NCBI GenBank assembly: GCA_046758965.1 | Contig: JBHIBG010000005.1 | Location: 38,596-102,595, forward strand | DNA: 64,000 bases | Direction of reading: 5' to 3' | From: Candidatus Methylomirabilia bacterium | Lineage (GTDB): Bacteria > Methylomirabilota > Methylomirabilia > Rokubacteriales > CSP1-6 | Shown: one piece after another, positions 45,557 to 55,014 of the stretch | Layout of the letters: every line of letters starts with the position of its first letter | Position numbering within the stretch: position 1 is the stretch's first letter | The notes under the pieces: generated by a model | What the model was told of the DNA's origin: nothing | Seen by the model: only the letters and a program-made list of their open reading frames with translations | Database searches by the model: none | Program-made: the position numbers and the translations under genes

Positions 45557-46726
45557 TCACGAGTAGAGAAGGAACGGTCGCCTGAGTCGGTTGAACGCGG
45601 CCAGCTCACGCTGCCAGGAGGCCTCGATCTGGTGAAGGGGTCGCCCGGCCTCGAGAGCCTTCCGGATTCGGTCGCTCCCGCAGAGCAGGTCAATAGGGAG
45701 CTTCTTCCACTCGAACTCGTACGGCGGTTTTCGCCAGGCGAAGCGTCTCGGGGCGAGGCGTCTTGCCGTAGCGACCAGCGCCAGCCCGGTCAGGTACGGC
45801 TTGAAGCGGTCTGGATCGAGGACGTGCCACTGCACGCCGCCGCAGATCCGTCCTCCGTACTTGTGGAAGGTCGGTCGGAAGCTGCACGGGCGGAAGTGAA
45901 CGCCGGGGAGATCCAGGTCATTGAGGGTCTCGGCCCATCGGTGCGGGTCCATGAACGGGGCGCCGGCATATTCGAAGGGGCGCGTCGTGCCTCGCCCCTC
46001 GGAGAGGTTGGTCCCTTCCAAGAGGCAGGCGCCTGGGTAAACGCGGGCGGTCTCAGGCGTCGGCATGTTCGGGGAGGGGGAGACCCAGGACAGGCCGGTC
46101 TCCTCCCAGGTCATCTCTCGCTGCCATCCTCTCATCGGGACCACCTCGAGGCGGCAGCGCAGCCGGTGGCGGTGGTTCACGAGCCGGGCCAGCTCCCCGA
46201 TGGTGAGCCCGTGGCGGACCGGGATCGGGGAGAGCCCGACGAAGGAAGCGAAGCTGGGGTCGAGGAGATTCCCCTCGACCCGCCGGCCGCCCAGCGGGTT
46301 GGGCCTGTCGAGGATCAAGAGTTCCACTCCGGCTTGGCCGCAGGCACCCATAGCCAGTGTCATGGTCCAGACGAACGTGTAGTATCGGGCTCCCACGTCC
46401 TGGAGGTCCACCACGAGGACGTCGAGCCCGGCCAGCGATTCCCGAGTGGGCGCGCGCCGCCGCCCGTAGAGGCTTTGGACCGTAAGGCCGGCGCGTGAGT
46501 CCTTGCCGCTGCGGATCTCGACGTGGTCCTGGGCCTGCCCCCGGAGACCGTGCTCGGGAGCGAAGAGGGAGGCAAGCTTCACCCCGCGGAGGGAGCCCAG
46601 GAGATCAAGGGCGTGCTGGAGTTGGCTGTCTACCGAGGCCGGATGGGCCAGGAGCCCGACTCGCTTGCCCCTGAGCCGGGTCACCCGCTCGCGGAGGAGA
46701 ACTTCGAGGCCGGGAAGGACTCGCAC
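45557..46726 (-). CDS. namZ: Exo-beta-N-acetylmuramidase NamZ (DUF1343/YbbC)
   Basis: FAPEHG, SLYG, DLQDVGARYYT, DRPNP, SPNMP and SEGRGT motifs. Confidence 0.9.
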   Translation of the reverse strand: MRVLPGLEVLLRERVTRLRGKRVGLLAHPASVDSQLQHALDLLGSLRGVKLASLFAPEHGLRGQAQDHVEIRSGKDSRAGLTVQSLYGRRRAPTRESLAGLDVLVVDLQDVGARYYTFVWTMTLAMGACGQAGVELLILDRPNPLGGRRVEGNLLDPSFASFVGLSPIPVRHGLTIGELARLVNHRHRLRCRLEVVPMRGWQREMTWEETGLSWVSPSPNMPTPETARVYPGACLLEGTNLSEGRGTTRPFEYAGAPFMDPHRWAETLNDLDLPGVHFRPCSFRPTFHKYGGRICGGVQWHVLDPDRFKPYLTGLALVATARRLAPRRFAWRKPPYEFEWKKLPIDLLCGSDRIRKALEAGRPLHQIEASWQRELAAFNRLRRPFLLYS

Positions 46727-46749
46727 CCCCCTATAATAGTCGGGGTGCC

Positions 46750-47652
46750 ATGGACCGGGTCACCTATCATCGCCTCCCGACTGAGCAGGATAACCCGAGG
46801 AGTCGGAACCTGGACCGGCTCTCCCCGCTGGCTCTCGTGACCCTGCTGAACCGGGAGGATCAGCGCGTGCTGGAAGCGGTGAGGGGGGCAGGGCGGCAGA
46901 TCGCAAGGGCTGTTGAGCTGATCGTTGGCGGACTTAGAGCCCGTGGCCGGCTCTTCTTCGTGGGCGCTGGGAGCAGCGGCCGGCTCGGGGTTCTGGAGGC
47001 TGCGGAGTGCCCCCCTACGTTCGGGACATCCCCGTCCCTGATCCAGGCGATCGTGGCAGGCGGCCGCAGCGCGGTTTTTCGCTCGAAGGAGGGAGCGGAG
47101 GATCGCGAGAGTGAGGCCCGTCGAGCCGTGAGGCGGAACGTTCGGTCCGGCGACGTGGTGGTGGGGATCACGGCGAGCGGGGTCACGCCCTTTGTGCGGG
47201 CAGCACTGACCGAGGCCCGTCGCCGAAAGGCCAGGACGATTCTCCTGGCCGTGAATCCCCGGAGCCGGCTCGGTGCCGGGGTGGATCTCCTGATCGCTGC
47301 CGATGTGGGCCCCGAGGTTCTTTCCGGCTCCACCCGGCTCAAGGCGGGGAGCGCCACCAAGATGATTCTCAACATGCTCACCACGGCCAGCATGGCTCAG
47401 CTCGGCAAGCTCTACCAAAACCGCATGGTGGACCTCCGCCCCTCATCGAGAAAGCTCCGGGCGCGAGCCGTGAGGCTGGTTCGAGAGCTGGGTGGCGCCA
47501 GTGAGTCCAGGGCTCGACGCCTCTTGACAGTGGCTCAGGGCCGGGCCAAGTTGGCGATCCTGATGGCTCGAGAAGACCTGGGCGCCCGGGAAGCCAGACG
47601 GCGGCTGGCCGCGGCTGACGGTTCACTGAGACGCGCTCTCGAAGGCCGCTGA
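46750..47652 (+). CDS. murQ: N-acetylmuramic acid 6-phosphate etherase
   Basis: TEQDN, GAGSSGRLG, ECPPTF, EGAED and GPEVLSGSTRLKAG motifs. Confidence 0.95.
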   Translation: MDRVTYHRLPTEQDNPRSRNLDRLSPLALVTLLNREDQRVLEAVRGAGRQIARAVELIVGGLRARGRLFFVGAGSSGRLGVLEAAECPPTFGTSPSLIQAIVAGGRSAVFRSKEGAEDRESEARRAVRRNVRSGDVVVGITASGVTPFVRAALTEARRRKARTILLAVNPRSRLGAGVDLLIAADVGPEVLSGSTRLKAGSATKMILNMLTTASMAQLGKLYQNRMVDLRPSSRKLRARAVRLVRELGGASESRARRLLTVAQGRAKLAILMAREDLGAREARRRLAAADGSLRRALEGR

Positions 47653-47747
47653 GCCACCTCCTTTCTCCTCCCCTTTGACGGGCGAAGAGCACAGGCTATT
47701 CAGGGGGGGCCGTTTGTGTTACACGTTTGTGGTACAGAGGAAGGACC

Positions 47748-50700
47748 ATGCTCTGCGCAAGCTGCCGGTTTGACAATCCCCCACAGAACCGATTCTGCGA
47801 GCAGTGCGGCGCCGCGCTGGAGGTCCGCTGCGCCCAGTGCGGCGCGCCGCTCCGGCCAGGAGCAAGGTTCTGCGGGGGCTGCGGTCAGCGCCTGACCGGG
47901 CCCGAGCCCGAAGTTCAGGCCCCCGCTCCGAAACCCCCGGTAACCGCCGACTACCAGAGCCGCCTCGTCTCCTACACCCCCAAGCATCTTGCCGAGAAAA
48001 TCCTGAAGACGCGGTCTGCCCTGGAGGGGGAGCGGCGGCAGGTTACGGTCCTCTTCGCCGACATAGCACGGTTCACGGCGCTGGCCGAGAAGCTGGATCC
48101 TGAGGAGGTGCACCGGATCATCGACCGCTGCTTCGAGCTGATTACCGCGGAGATACATCGCTTTGAGGGGACGATCAACCAGTATACGGGCGATGGCGTG
48201 ATGGCTCTTTTCGGCGCGCCGGTCGCCCACGAGGATAGCCCTCGGCGGGCGGTGCACGCGGCCCTGGGGATTCAGCGCGCGCTCCGGGATTACAGCAAGG
48301 AGCTGCAGGCTGAGCAGGGGCTGAGCCTTCAGATGCGGATGGGGCTCAACACGGGTCCGGTTGTCGTCGGCCGGATCGGAGACGATCTCCGGATGGACTA
48401 CACCGCGGTGGGGGACACGACGAACCTGGCTGCCCGACTCCAGCAGAGCGCGCGGCCGGGCAGCGTGCTGGTCAGCGAAGCGACCTACAAGCTGGTCACC
48501 GGGTTCTTCGAGACCCTGGACCTCGGGGAGATGCCGGTGAAGGGGCACGCCCCGGTTCGGGCGTTCGAGGTGCTCCGGCCGCGCGGGCGCCGAGCTCGGT
48601 TCGGTGTGGCGGCCGAGCGCGGCCTCACCCCGCTCGTCAGCCGGGACCGCGAGCTGAACACCTTGCTCGACCTCTTCCGGGAGGTTGAGGCCGGGCGGGG
48701 GCAGGTGGTGTTCATTGCCGGGGAGGCGGGTATTGGCAAATCCAGGTTGGTCCTCGAGTTCCACCGGGCGTTGGCCGAGGCCGGGGAAGCGGCCACCTGG
48801 CTCGAGGGACGATGCATCTCGTTCGGTCGGTCGATCCCGTTCCTCCCCGTCATCGATCAGTATCGGGAGAACTTTAGGATCGAAGAGGTAGATGGGGAAC
48901 CCGAGATCATCGCCAAGGTCGAGCACGGGATGCGCCGGATGGGCGAGCTCGAGGCACATATCCCTTACGTCCGGTACCTCCTGGGGGTGGATCCTGGGGA
49001 TCCGGCGATCCTGGCCATGGACGCCTCAGCTCGGCGGAAAAAGGTGTTTGATGCCAACCGGGCGATGTCCCTCCGCGGAGCGAGACTCAGGCCCATCGTG
49101 TTCGTCTTCGAAGACCTTCACTGGATCGACACGAGCACGGAAGAGTACCTTGGCTCCTTAATGGACTCGGTGGCTGGAGTGCCGCTGATGCTTGTCTTGA
49201 CCTACCGGGTGGGCTACACCCTGCCGTTCGGGAGCCGGAGCTTCTACACGACGCTGACGCTCCGCAGCCTCTCAGAGGCCGAAACGCTCGCCATGGCGGG
49301 GCGCGTCCTCGGAACGGAGCAGTTCCCCCGGGAGCTCAACGTAGCTCTCATGGAGAAGGCTGAGGGAGTGCCGCTCTTCGTCGAGGAGGTCACCAAGACT
49401 CTCATCGATCTCGGTGTCCTCAGGCGGGAGAACGGCGGCTACCGCATGGTGAAGGGCGTGGGGGAGGTCAGCGTGCCGGAGACGATTCAGGGGATCATCA
49501 TGGCTCGCCTGGACCGCCTCGGCGAGAACGGCAAGCGCACGGTCCAGCTTGCTTCAGTCATCGGCAGGCAGTTTCTGCTTCGTCTCCTGGAGCGGATCGC
49601 CGGCCTCACCGGCGAGCTCGAGGGGCTGCTCGGCGAGCTCAAGGCGTTGGAGATCATTTACGAGCAAGGGTTGCTCCCCGAGCCATCCTATGTCTTCAAG
49701 CACGCGGTGATTCAGGACGTGGCCTACCAGAGCCTCCTCAGGGAGCGGCGGAAGGAGCTTCACAAAGCTGTGGGGTATGCCATCGAGGAGCTCTACCCCG
49801 ACCGTCTCGCAGACCACTATGAGGAGCTGGCTCATCACTTCACCCAGGCCGAGGAGTGGAAGAAGGCGATGGAGTACAGCGTCCTGGCCGGCGATCGGGC
49901 CGCTCACGCGTTCGCTAACGGCGAGGCAAAGGCACATTTCGCGCGCGCCCTCGGATCCGCCGAGAAGGTCCGCCCGCTCCCCGACCCCGGGGGATTGGCG
50001 AGCCTTCACATGAAGCAGGGGGCTGTTCTCGCAGTCCTCGCCGAGTACGAGGAAGCGGCAGCGGTGTATCGGCGGGCCTTGCAGCTGATGCGGCGCGTCG
50101 GAGATCGGCCGCGCGAGATCGAGATCCTTGTCGCGCTGAGCGGGGTGTACACCTTTTATCACCGTCCGGAGCCGGCGATGGAGTACAACGAGCAAGCGCT
50201 GGCCATTGCGCGTGAGCTGGGCGATCGGGCCTTCCAGGCCGTCTGTCTCGCGAACCGCGTGCACGTTCGATCGGCCGGGTACGGCCAGATCGTTGAGACG
50301 ACTGCCGATGCCGAGGAGGCGCTCCGCCTCTCCAAGGAGATCGGGGATCCGAAGTTGCTGGCCCAGACCCTCATCTTCCTCGGAGGCGCCCTCCAGTGGC
50401 GTGGAGATTTCGACCGGAGCCTCGTATACCTGGGCGAGGGCGCAGAGCTGGCATTGCGCGAGCACAGGGGGTTCCTATTCGCCCGGGCTGCTTTCTTTAT
50501 CGGTAACGCCAATGTCGCAAAAGGCGAGTATGAGGAAGCGCTCCGGTGGTATCGGCGGCTGAGCGATTATGCTTCGGCGGCGGCGGACAAGGTCTTTATT
50601 GCCCGTGTCCCGAACACCATCGGTGGGGTCCATCTCGAGCTTTTCGACCTCGACGAAGCGCTCCAGCTGAACCTGGAAGGGGACGAGATAGCGCGGAAGG

Positions 50701-51299
50701 TCTTCCCCTGGCCAGAGCCTCGCGGCCACTCCCTGTTGAAAGTCGGTCTGGCTCATCTCCAATGCGGAGAGCACGGTCTTGCAGAGGAGTTTTTCATGCG
50801 GGCCTGGGCCCTGCTCGAGGCGGACGTTTGGTTCCGCTGGCGCTGGCATATCCCTCTCCTGCGCGCTCGCGGGGAGTTGGCGCTGATTGAGGGGCGGCAC
50901 GACGAGGCCTGGGCCTACGCCACCAAATCGTTGGACATGGCCGAGCAGTCCGACTCGCGCAAGCACCTCGCGCGCGCCCAGCGGCTTCAGGGGGAAATCC
51001 TGGCGGCGAGGGAGAGGCTCGAAGAGTCAGTGAAGCCGTTGGATGCCTCGGTCAGGCTGGCTGAAGCCATCGGGACGCCGCGCGAGGTGTGGATGGGGAA
51101 GGCCGCCCTCGGCAAAGTGCTGGCCCGAATAGGGAGAGACAGAGAGGCGGAGAGTCAGCTGTCACAGGCGGTGCAGGCGATTGAGGGGATTCTGGGCAGG
51201 TTGCAAACCCCGCGTCTTCGTCGCTCCTTCGTGACGGCCGAGCCGGTGCAGGAGATCTACCGCACCCTTGGGCGCAGGCGCCCTGAAGGTGCGAAATGA
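47748..51299 (+). CDS. Double zinc ribbon-adenylate/guanylate cyclase-AAA/STAND ATPase-TPR protein
   Basis: Four CxxC pairs; LFADI, GDGVMALFG and GDTTNLAARL; GEAGIGKS and EDLHW; TPR tail. Confidence 0.9.
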   Translation: MLCASCRFDNPPQNRFCEQCGAALEVRCAQCGAPLRPGARFCGGCGQRLTGPEPEVQAPAPKPPVTADYQSRLVSYTPKHLAEKILKTRSALEGERRQVTVLFADIARFTALAEKLDPEEVHRIIDRCFELITAEIHRFEGTINQYTGDGVMALFGAPVAHEDSPRRAVHAALGIQRALRDYSKELQAEQGLSLQMRMGLNTGPVVVGRIGDDLRMDYTAVGDTTNLAARLQQSARPGSVLVSEATYKLVTGFFETLDLGEMPVKGHAPVRAFEVLRPRGRRARFGVAAERGLTPLVSRDRELNTLLDLFREVEAGRGQVVFIAGEAGIGKSRLVLEFHRALAEAGEAATWLEGRCISFGRSIPFLPVIDQYRENFRIEEVDGEPEIIAKVEHGMRRMGELEAHIPYVRYLLGVDPGDPAILAMDASARRKKVFDANRAMSLRGARLRPIVFVFEDLHWIDTSTEEYLGSLMDSVAGVPLMLVLTYRVGYTLPFGSRSFYTTLTLRSLSEAETLAMAGRVLGTEQFPRELNVALMEKAEGVPLFVEEVTKTLIDLGVLRRENGGYRMVKGVGEVSVPETIQGIIMARLDRLGENGKRTVQLASVIGRQFLLRLLERIAGLTGELEGLLGELKALEIIYEQGLLPEPSYVFKHAVIQDVAYQSLLRERRKELHKAVGYAIEELYPDRLADHYEELAHHFTQAEEWKKAMEYSVLAGDRAAHAFANGEAKAHFARALGSAEKVRPLPDPGGLASLHMKQGAVLAVLAEYEEAAAVYRRALQLMRRVGDRPREIEILVALSGVYTFYHRPEPAMEYNEQALAIARELGDRAFQAVCLANRVHVRSAGYGQIVETTADAEEALRLSKEIGDPKLLAQTLIFLGGALQWRGDFDRSLVYLGEGAELALREHRGFLFARAAFFIGNANVAKGEYEEALRWYRRLSDYASAAADKVFIARVPNTIGGVHLELFDLDEALQLNLEGDEIARKVFPWPEPRGHSLLKVGLAHLQCGEHGLAEEFFMRAWALLEADVWFRWRWHIPLLRARGELALIEGRHDEAWAYATKSLDMAEQSDSRKHLARAQRLQGEILAARERLEESVKPLDASVRLAEAIGTPREVWMGKAALGKVLARIGRDREAESQLSQAVQAIEGILGRLQTPRLRRSFVTAEPVQEIYRTLGRRRPEGAK

Positions 51300-52219
51300 A
51301 GATCGGGATCGTCGGCGCCGGGGCCATGGGATCGGTCTACGGGGCGATCCTCGGGGACGCGGGGAACGAGGTCTGGCTCCTGGATGTGTGGAAGGAGCAG
51401 ATCGAGGCGATCCGGGCGCGCGGGGTGAGAGTCGAGGGCGCCAGCGGAGATCGCACGGTCGGCGTGAACGCCACGCTGGATGCCAAGGAGGCGGGCGTCT
51501 GCGAGCTCCTGATCGTCGCCACCAAGGCGATGGACACCGAGGCGGCCGTCAAGAACGCGGCCCCGATGATCGGGGCCGAAACCCTGCTGCTCACGATTCA
51601 GAACGGGCTCGGCAATGCCGAGAGGATGGAGCGGCTTGTCGGGGCGAAGAATTTGCTGGTTGGGATTGCGGGTGGCTTCGGCGCCTCGGTGGTGGGGCCC
51701 GGCCATGTCCATCACAACGGCTGGGAGGCGATCCACCTCGGGGAGTTCCAGGGCGGGCTCAGCGAGCGCCTCAATCGGGTCGCCGAGGTCTGGAGAAAAG
51801 CCGGGTTCAAGGTGCGGGTGTTCGACGACATCCAGCCGCTGGTCTGGGGAAAGCTGATGGGGAATGTCGGGTTCAGCGCCGTTTGCACGGTCACGGGCCT
51901 CACCGTGGGCGAGGTGATCGCCAGTCCTGAGGCATGGAGCATCACCGAGGCCCTGGTCCGGGAGGCGTTCGCCGTGGCCCAGGCCAAGAAGATCGTCCTC
52001 CCGTACGACGACCCGGTCCGTTGGGTTCGCGAGTTCGCCTCGAAGATGCCCCGGGCTCGCCCCTCCATGTTGCAGGACATGGAGGCGGGCCGGCGCACCG
52101 AGATCGATTCAATCAACGGAGGTGTGGTGAGGGAGGCGGAGGCTTTGGGGGTGCCGGTTCCCGTGAACCGGGTGATGTGCAGCCTGGTCAGGACGATGGA
52201 GACAGGGCGGGGTGGGTGA
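51296..52219 (+). CDS. panE: 2-dehydropantoate 2-reductase family
   Basis: GAGAMG, QNG, WGKLMGN, SMLQD and TEIDSING motifs. Confidence 0.88.
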   Translation: MKIGIVGAGAMGSVYGAILGDAGNEVWLLDVWKEQIEAIRARGVRVEGASGDRTVGVNATLDAKEAGVCELLIVATKAMDTEAAVKNAAPMIGAETLLLTIQNGLGNAERMERLVGAKNLLVGIAGGFGASVVGPGHVHHNGWEAIHLGEFQGGLSERLNRVAEVWRKAGFKVRVFDDIQPLVWGKLMGNVGFSAVCTVTGLTVGEVIASPEAWSITEALVREAFAVAQAKKIVLPYDDPVRWVREFASKMPRARPSMLQDMEAGRRTEIDSINGGVVREAEALGVPVPVNRVMCSLVRTMETGRGG

Positions 52220-52341
52220 AAAGCCGGCTGAGCGTCTTGCTCTTGGTGGGGACGTGGCCCTCTCCGAGAGGGTCCGGGAAAAGGCGGGCTGCAGGGTCAA
52301 CGCTGTCGTGACCCGGCAGGACTCCGGCATGGGCTAGCGCT

Positions 52342-53535
52342 ATGAACTTCGACTTTACCCCCAAGGAGCGGGCCTTCCGTCATGAAGTGAGGGAGTGGCT
52401 TCAAGCCAACCTCCCTGACGACCTCAGGGGGCGGGGCTTCGCTGCCTCCCGGGCCGATCGCGCCGAGGTGGACCGGCTTCGTGCCTGGCAGAAGCGGATG
52501 TACGAGGCCGGCTATGTCGGGATGGACTGGCCGACCCGATTCGGGGGGCGCGGAGCGAGCGTGGTCGAGCAGATCATTCTCTACGAGGAGCTGGCTCGGG
52601 CCAGGTCTCCCCAGCCCGTGAACCGGGGCGGCCTCAGCATGCTCGGCCCGACGGTGATGGCGTACGGGACAGAAGCTCAGCAGAAGCGCTTTCTCCCCAA
52701 GATCCTCACCGCCGAGGAGATCTGGTGCCAGGGGTTCTCCGAGCCCAACGCCGGGAGCGATCTGGCCAACCTCGGGACACAAGCCGTGAGAGAGGGCGAT
52801 CACTTGCTCATCACGGGACAGAAGGTCTGGACCTCCCTGGCCCACGTGGCTGACTGGGGGTTTTTCCTCGTTCGTACCGATCCCGCATCACCGAGGCACA
52901 AAGGGATCACGTTCCTCCTGATTGATATGACCTCGCCGGGCATCACGGTAAGACCCCTGCGCCAGATGACTGGAGAAGCCGAGTTCAACGAGGTCTTCCT
53001 CGACCGCGTGCGGGTGCCGGTTGAGAACGTCGTAGGGGAAGTCAACCGGGGCTGGGAGGTCGCCATCACCACCCTCGCTTACGAGCGTGACCTCCTGACC
53101 TTCATCCGGAACATCTCGCTCCGCCATGCCCTGGACAGGCTGATCGAGCTCGCCAGGCGCGTGAAGGTGAACGGTGGACGCAGCGCCGATGATCCCCGAC
53201 TTCGCCAGAAGCTCGCTGCGCTCGCGATCTATGAGAAGTGTCTTCAGCTCGGTGGCTATCGGAGCCTCACCAAGATCCTGAGGGGTGGCAAGCCGGGGCC
53301 CGAGGGCTCCACCTCCAAGCTCTTCTGGAGCCAGGTTGACCAGGAGCTGGCCGAGGTGGCGACCGAGCTGCTCGGGCCGTATGCCCAGGTCACCGAGGGC
53401 TCGGAGTGGGCCCCGGACGAGGGGCAGTGGGCGTTCTACTGCCTGCTGGCTCAGGCCAGCGGGATTCGAGCCGGCACCTCCCAGATCTTGAAAAATATCC
53501 TGGGTGAGCGGGTCCTGGGGTTGCCGAAGGAGTGA
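52342..53535 (+). CDS. Acyl-CoA dehydrogenase
   Basis: WCQGFSEPNAGSDLA, GQKVWTS and FNEVF motifs. Confidence 0.9.
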   Translation: MNFDFTPKERAFRHEVREWLQANLPDDLRGRGFAASRADRAEVDRLRAWQKRMYEAGYVGMDWPTRFGGRGASVVEQIILYEELARARSPQPVNRGGLSMLGPTVMAYGTEAQQKRFLPKILTAEEIWCQGFSEPNAGSDLANLGTQAVREGDHLLITGQKVWTSLAHVADWGFFLVRTDPASPRHKGITFLLIDMTSPGITVRPLRQMTGEAEFNEVFLDRVRVPVENVVGEVNRGWEVAITTLAYERDLLTFIRNISLRHALDRLIELARRVKVNGGRSADDPRLRQKLAALAIYEKCLQLGGYRSLTKILRGGKPGPEGSTSKLFWSQVDQELAEVATELLGPYAQVTEGSEWAPDEGQWAFYCLLAQASGIRAGTSQILKNILGERVLGLPKE

Positions 53536-54332
53536 CGGAGACCAGCATGGCCGACGACCTCCTCTACGAGGTGAAGGATCGGATCGCCACCATCACGCTC
53601 AACCGGCCGGAGAAGCTGAACGCGTTCACGAGCGCCATGGTCGAGCGATGGGCCTGGGCGCTCGCCGAGGCTCAGAGTGACGAGCAGGTCAACGTCGTGG
53701 TGCTCACAGGCGCCGGTCGGGCGTTCTGCGCGGGCGGGGACGTGGGGCGAATGGGGGAGGGCGAGCCCACTCCCCTGGACCATAAGAACGCCCTGTGGGA
53801 GAAGATCCACCAGATTCCCAAGACCCTGGACAGAATGGACAAACCCGTGATCGCCATGGTCAACGGGGTGGCGGTCGGCGCCGGGATGGGGATGGCGCTC
53901 CAATGTGACCTCAGGATCGCCTCAGAAGAGGCGCGATTCTCGACCGGCTATGTGAAGGTCGGGCTGGTCCCCGGTGACGGCGACGCCTTCTTTTTGCCCC
54001 GGCTCGTCGGGATCGCCAAGGCGCTGGAGCTCCTCTGGACGGGAGAGTTCGTGGAGGCTCGGGAGGCCGAGCGCCTGGGGATCGTGAACCGGGTCGTCCC
54101 GGCCTCCCGGCTTCGGGAGGAGACCTACGCGCTTGCGCAGAAGATCGCCGAGGGGCCCCAGATTGCCATCCGGCTCATGAAGCGGGTGGCGTACCAGAGT
54201 CTCAGGCTCGACCTCATCACCCACCTGGATCTGATCTCTTCCCACATGGCCGTTACGCGGCAGACCGAGGACCACCGGGAGGGTGTGCGGGCCTTTCAGG
54301 AGAGGCGCCCACCAAAGTTTACCGGCCGTTAA
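53532..54332 (+). CDS. Enoyl-CoA hydratase/isomerase family
   Basis: LNRPEKLNA, AFCAGGD, NGVAVGAG and EGVRAF motifs. Confidence 0.9.
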   Translation: MTETSMADDLLYEVKDRIATITLNRPEKLNAFTSAMVERWAWALAEAQSDEQVNVVVLTGAGRAFCAGGDVGRMGEGEPTPLDHKNALWEKIHQIPKTLDRMDKPVIAMVNGVAVGAGMGMALQCDLRIASEEARFSTGYVKVGLVPGDGDAFFLPRLVGIAKALELLWTGEFVEAREAERLGIVNRVVPASRLREETYALAQKIAEGPQIAIRLMKRVAYQSLRLDLITHLDLISSHMAVTRQTEDHREGVRAFQERRPPKFTGR

Positions 54333-54362
54333 GCCACGGTCCGGCAGGAGCTCACGACAAGA

Positions 54363-54887
54363 TCACGCCGGCTTGACGCCGACCCGATGGCGCTGGGCCA
54401 GGGCCTGGTAGCTCTGAGGGGTCATCCGAACCCACTGCTCGGCGGGAGTCCCCGCGAGCGGGCCTCTAACCTTCGCCGGGACCCCTACGGCCAGGGTTCC
54501 CTCGGGAATTTCAGTCTCTGGAGTTACCAGCGCTCCCGCTGCCACCATGGCGCGGGGGCCGACCCGCGCCCCGTCGAGAACAACCGCGGCGTTCCCGATC
54601 AGGCACTCCTCGCCGAGCGTTGCGCCGTGGACCATGCAGAGATGGCCGATCGTCACTCCAGGTCCCACATCGGCGTGGTTGGCGGGCGTAGAGTGGATGA
54701 CCGCGCAGTCCTGCACGTTGGCGCCCTTTCGGATTACGATCGGGCCGTGGTCGGCGCGGATCACCGTGTTGTACCAGACCGAGGCGTTCTCTTCGACGAT
54801 CACCTCGCCGACGAGGGTCGCGGTGGGCGCGATGAAGGCCAGCGGGTGGATCTGCGGCGACTTTCCCTCGAGGCTGTAGAGCGGCAT
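54363..54887 (-). CDS. Gamma carbonic anhydrase/PaaY-like hexapeptide protein
   Basis: NVQD..VIH, TIGH..MVHG and GVPAK motifs. Confidence 0.88.
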   Translation of the reverse strand: MPLYSLEGKSPQIHPLAFIAPTATLVGEVIVEENASVWYNTVIRADHGPIVIRKGANVQDCAVIHSTPANHADVGPGVTIGHLCMVHGATLGEECLIGNAAVVLDGARVGPRAMVAAGALVTPETEIPEGTLAVGVPAKVRGPLAGTPAEQWVRMTPQSYQALAQRHRVGVKPA

Positions 54888-55014
54888 GGGGCGGGTCTCC
54901 TCTCTTGAGAGAACTGAAAAATCGCGCCAACGGTAGCACCTAGGTTCGGGGCTCGTCAAGGTGTGGCGCCCTTCACTGGACAGAGGAGGGAGGCGGGCGT
55001 ATTCTCCAAGCACC

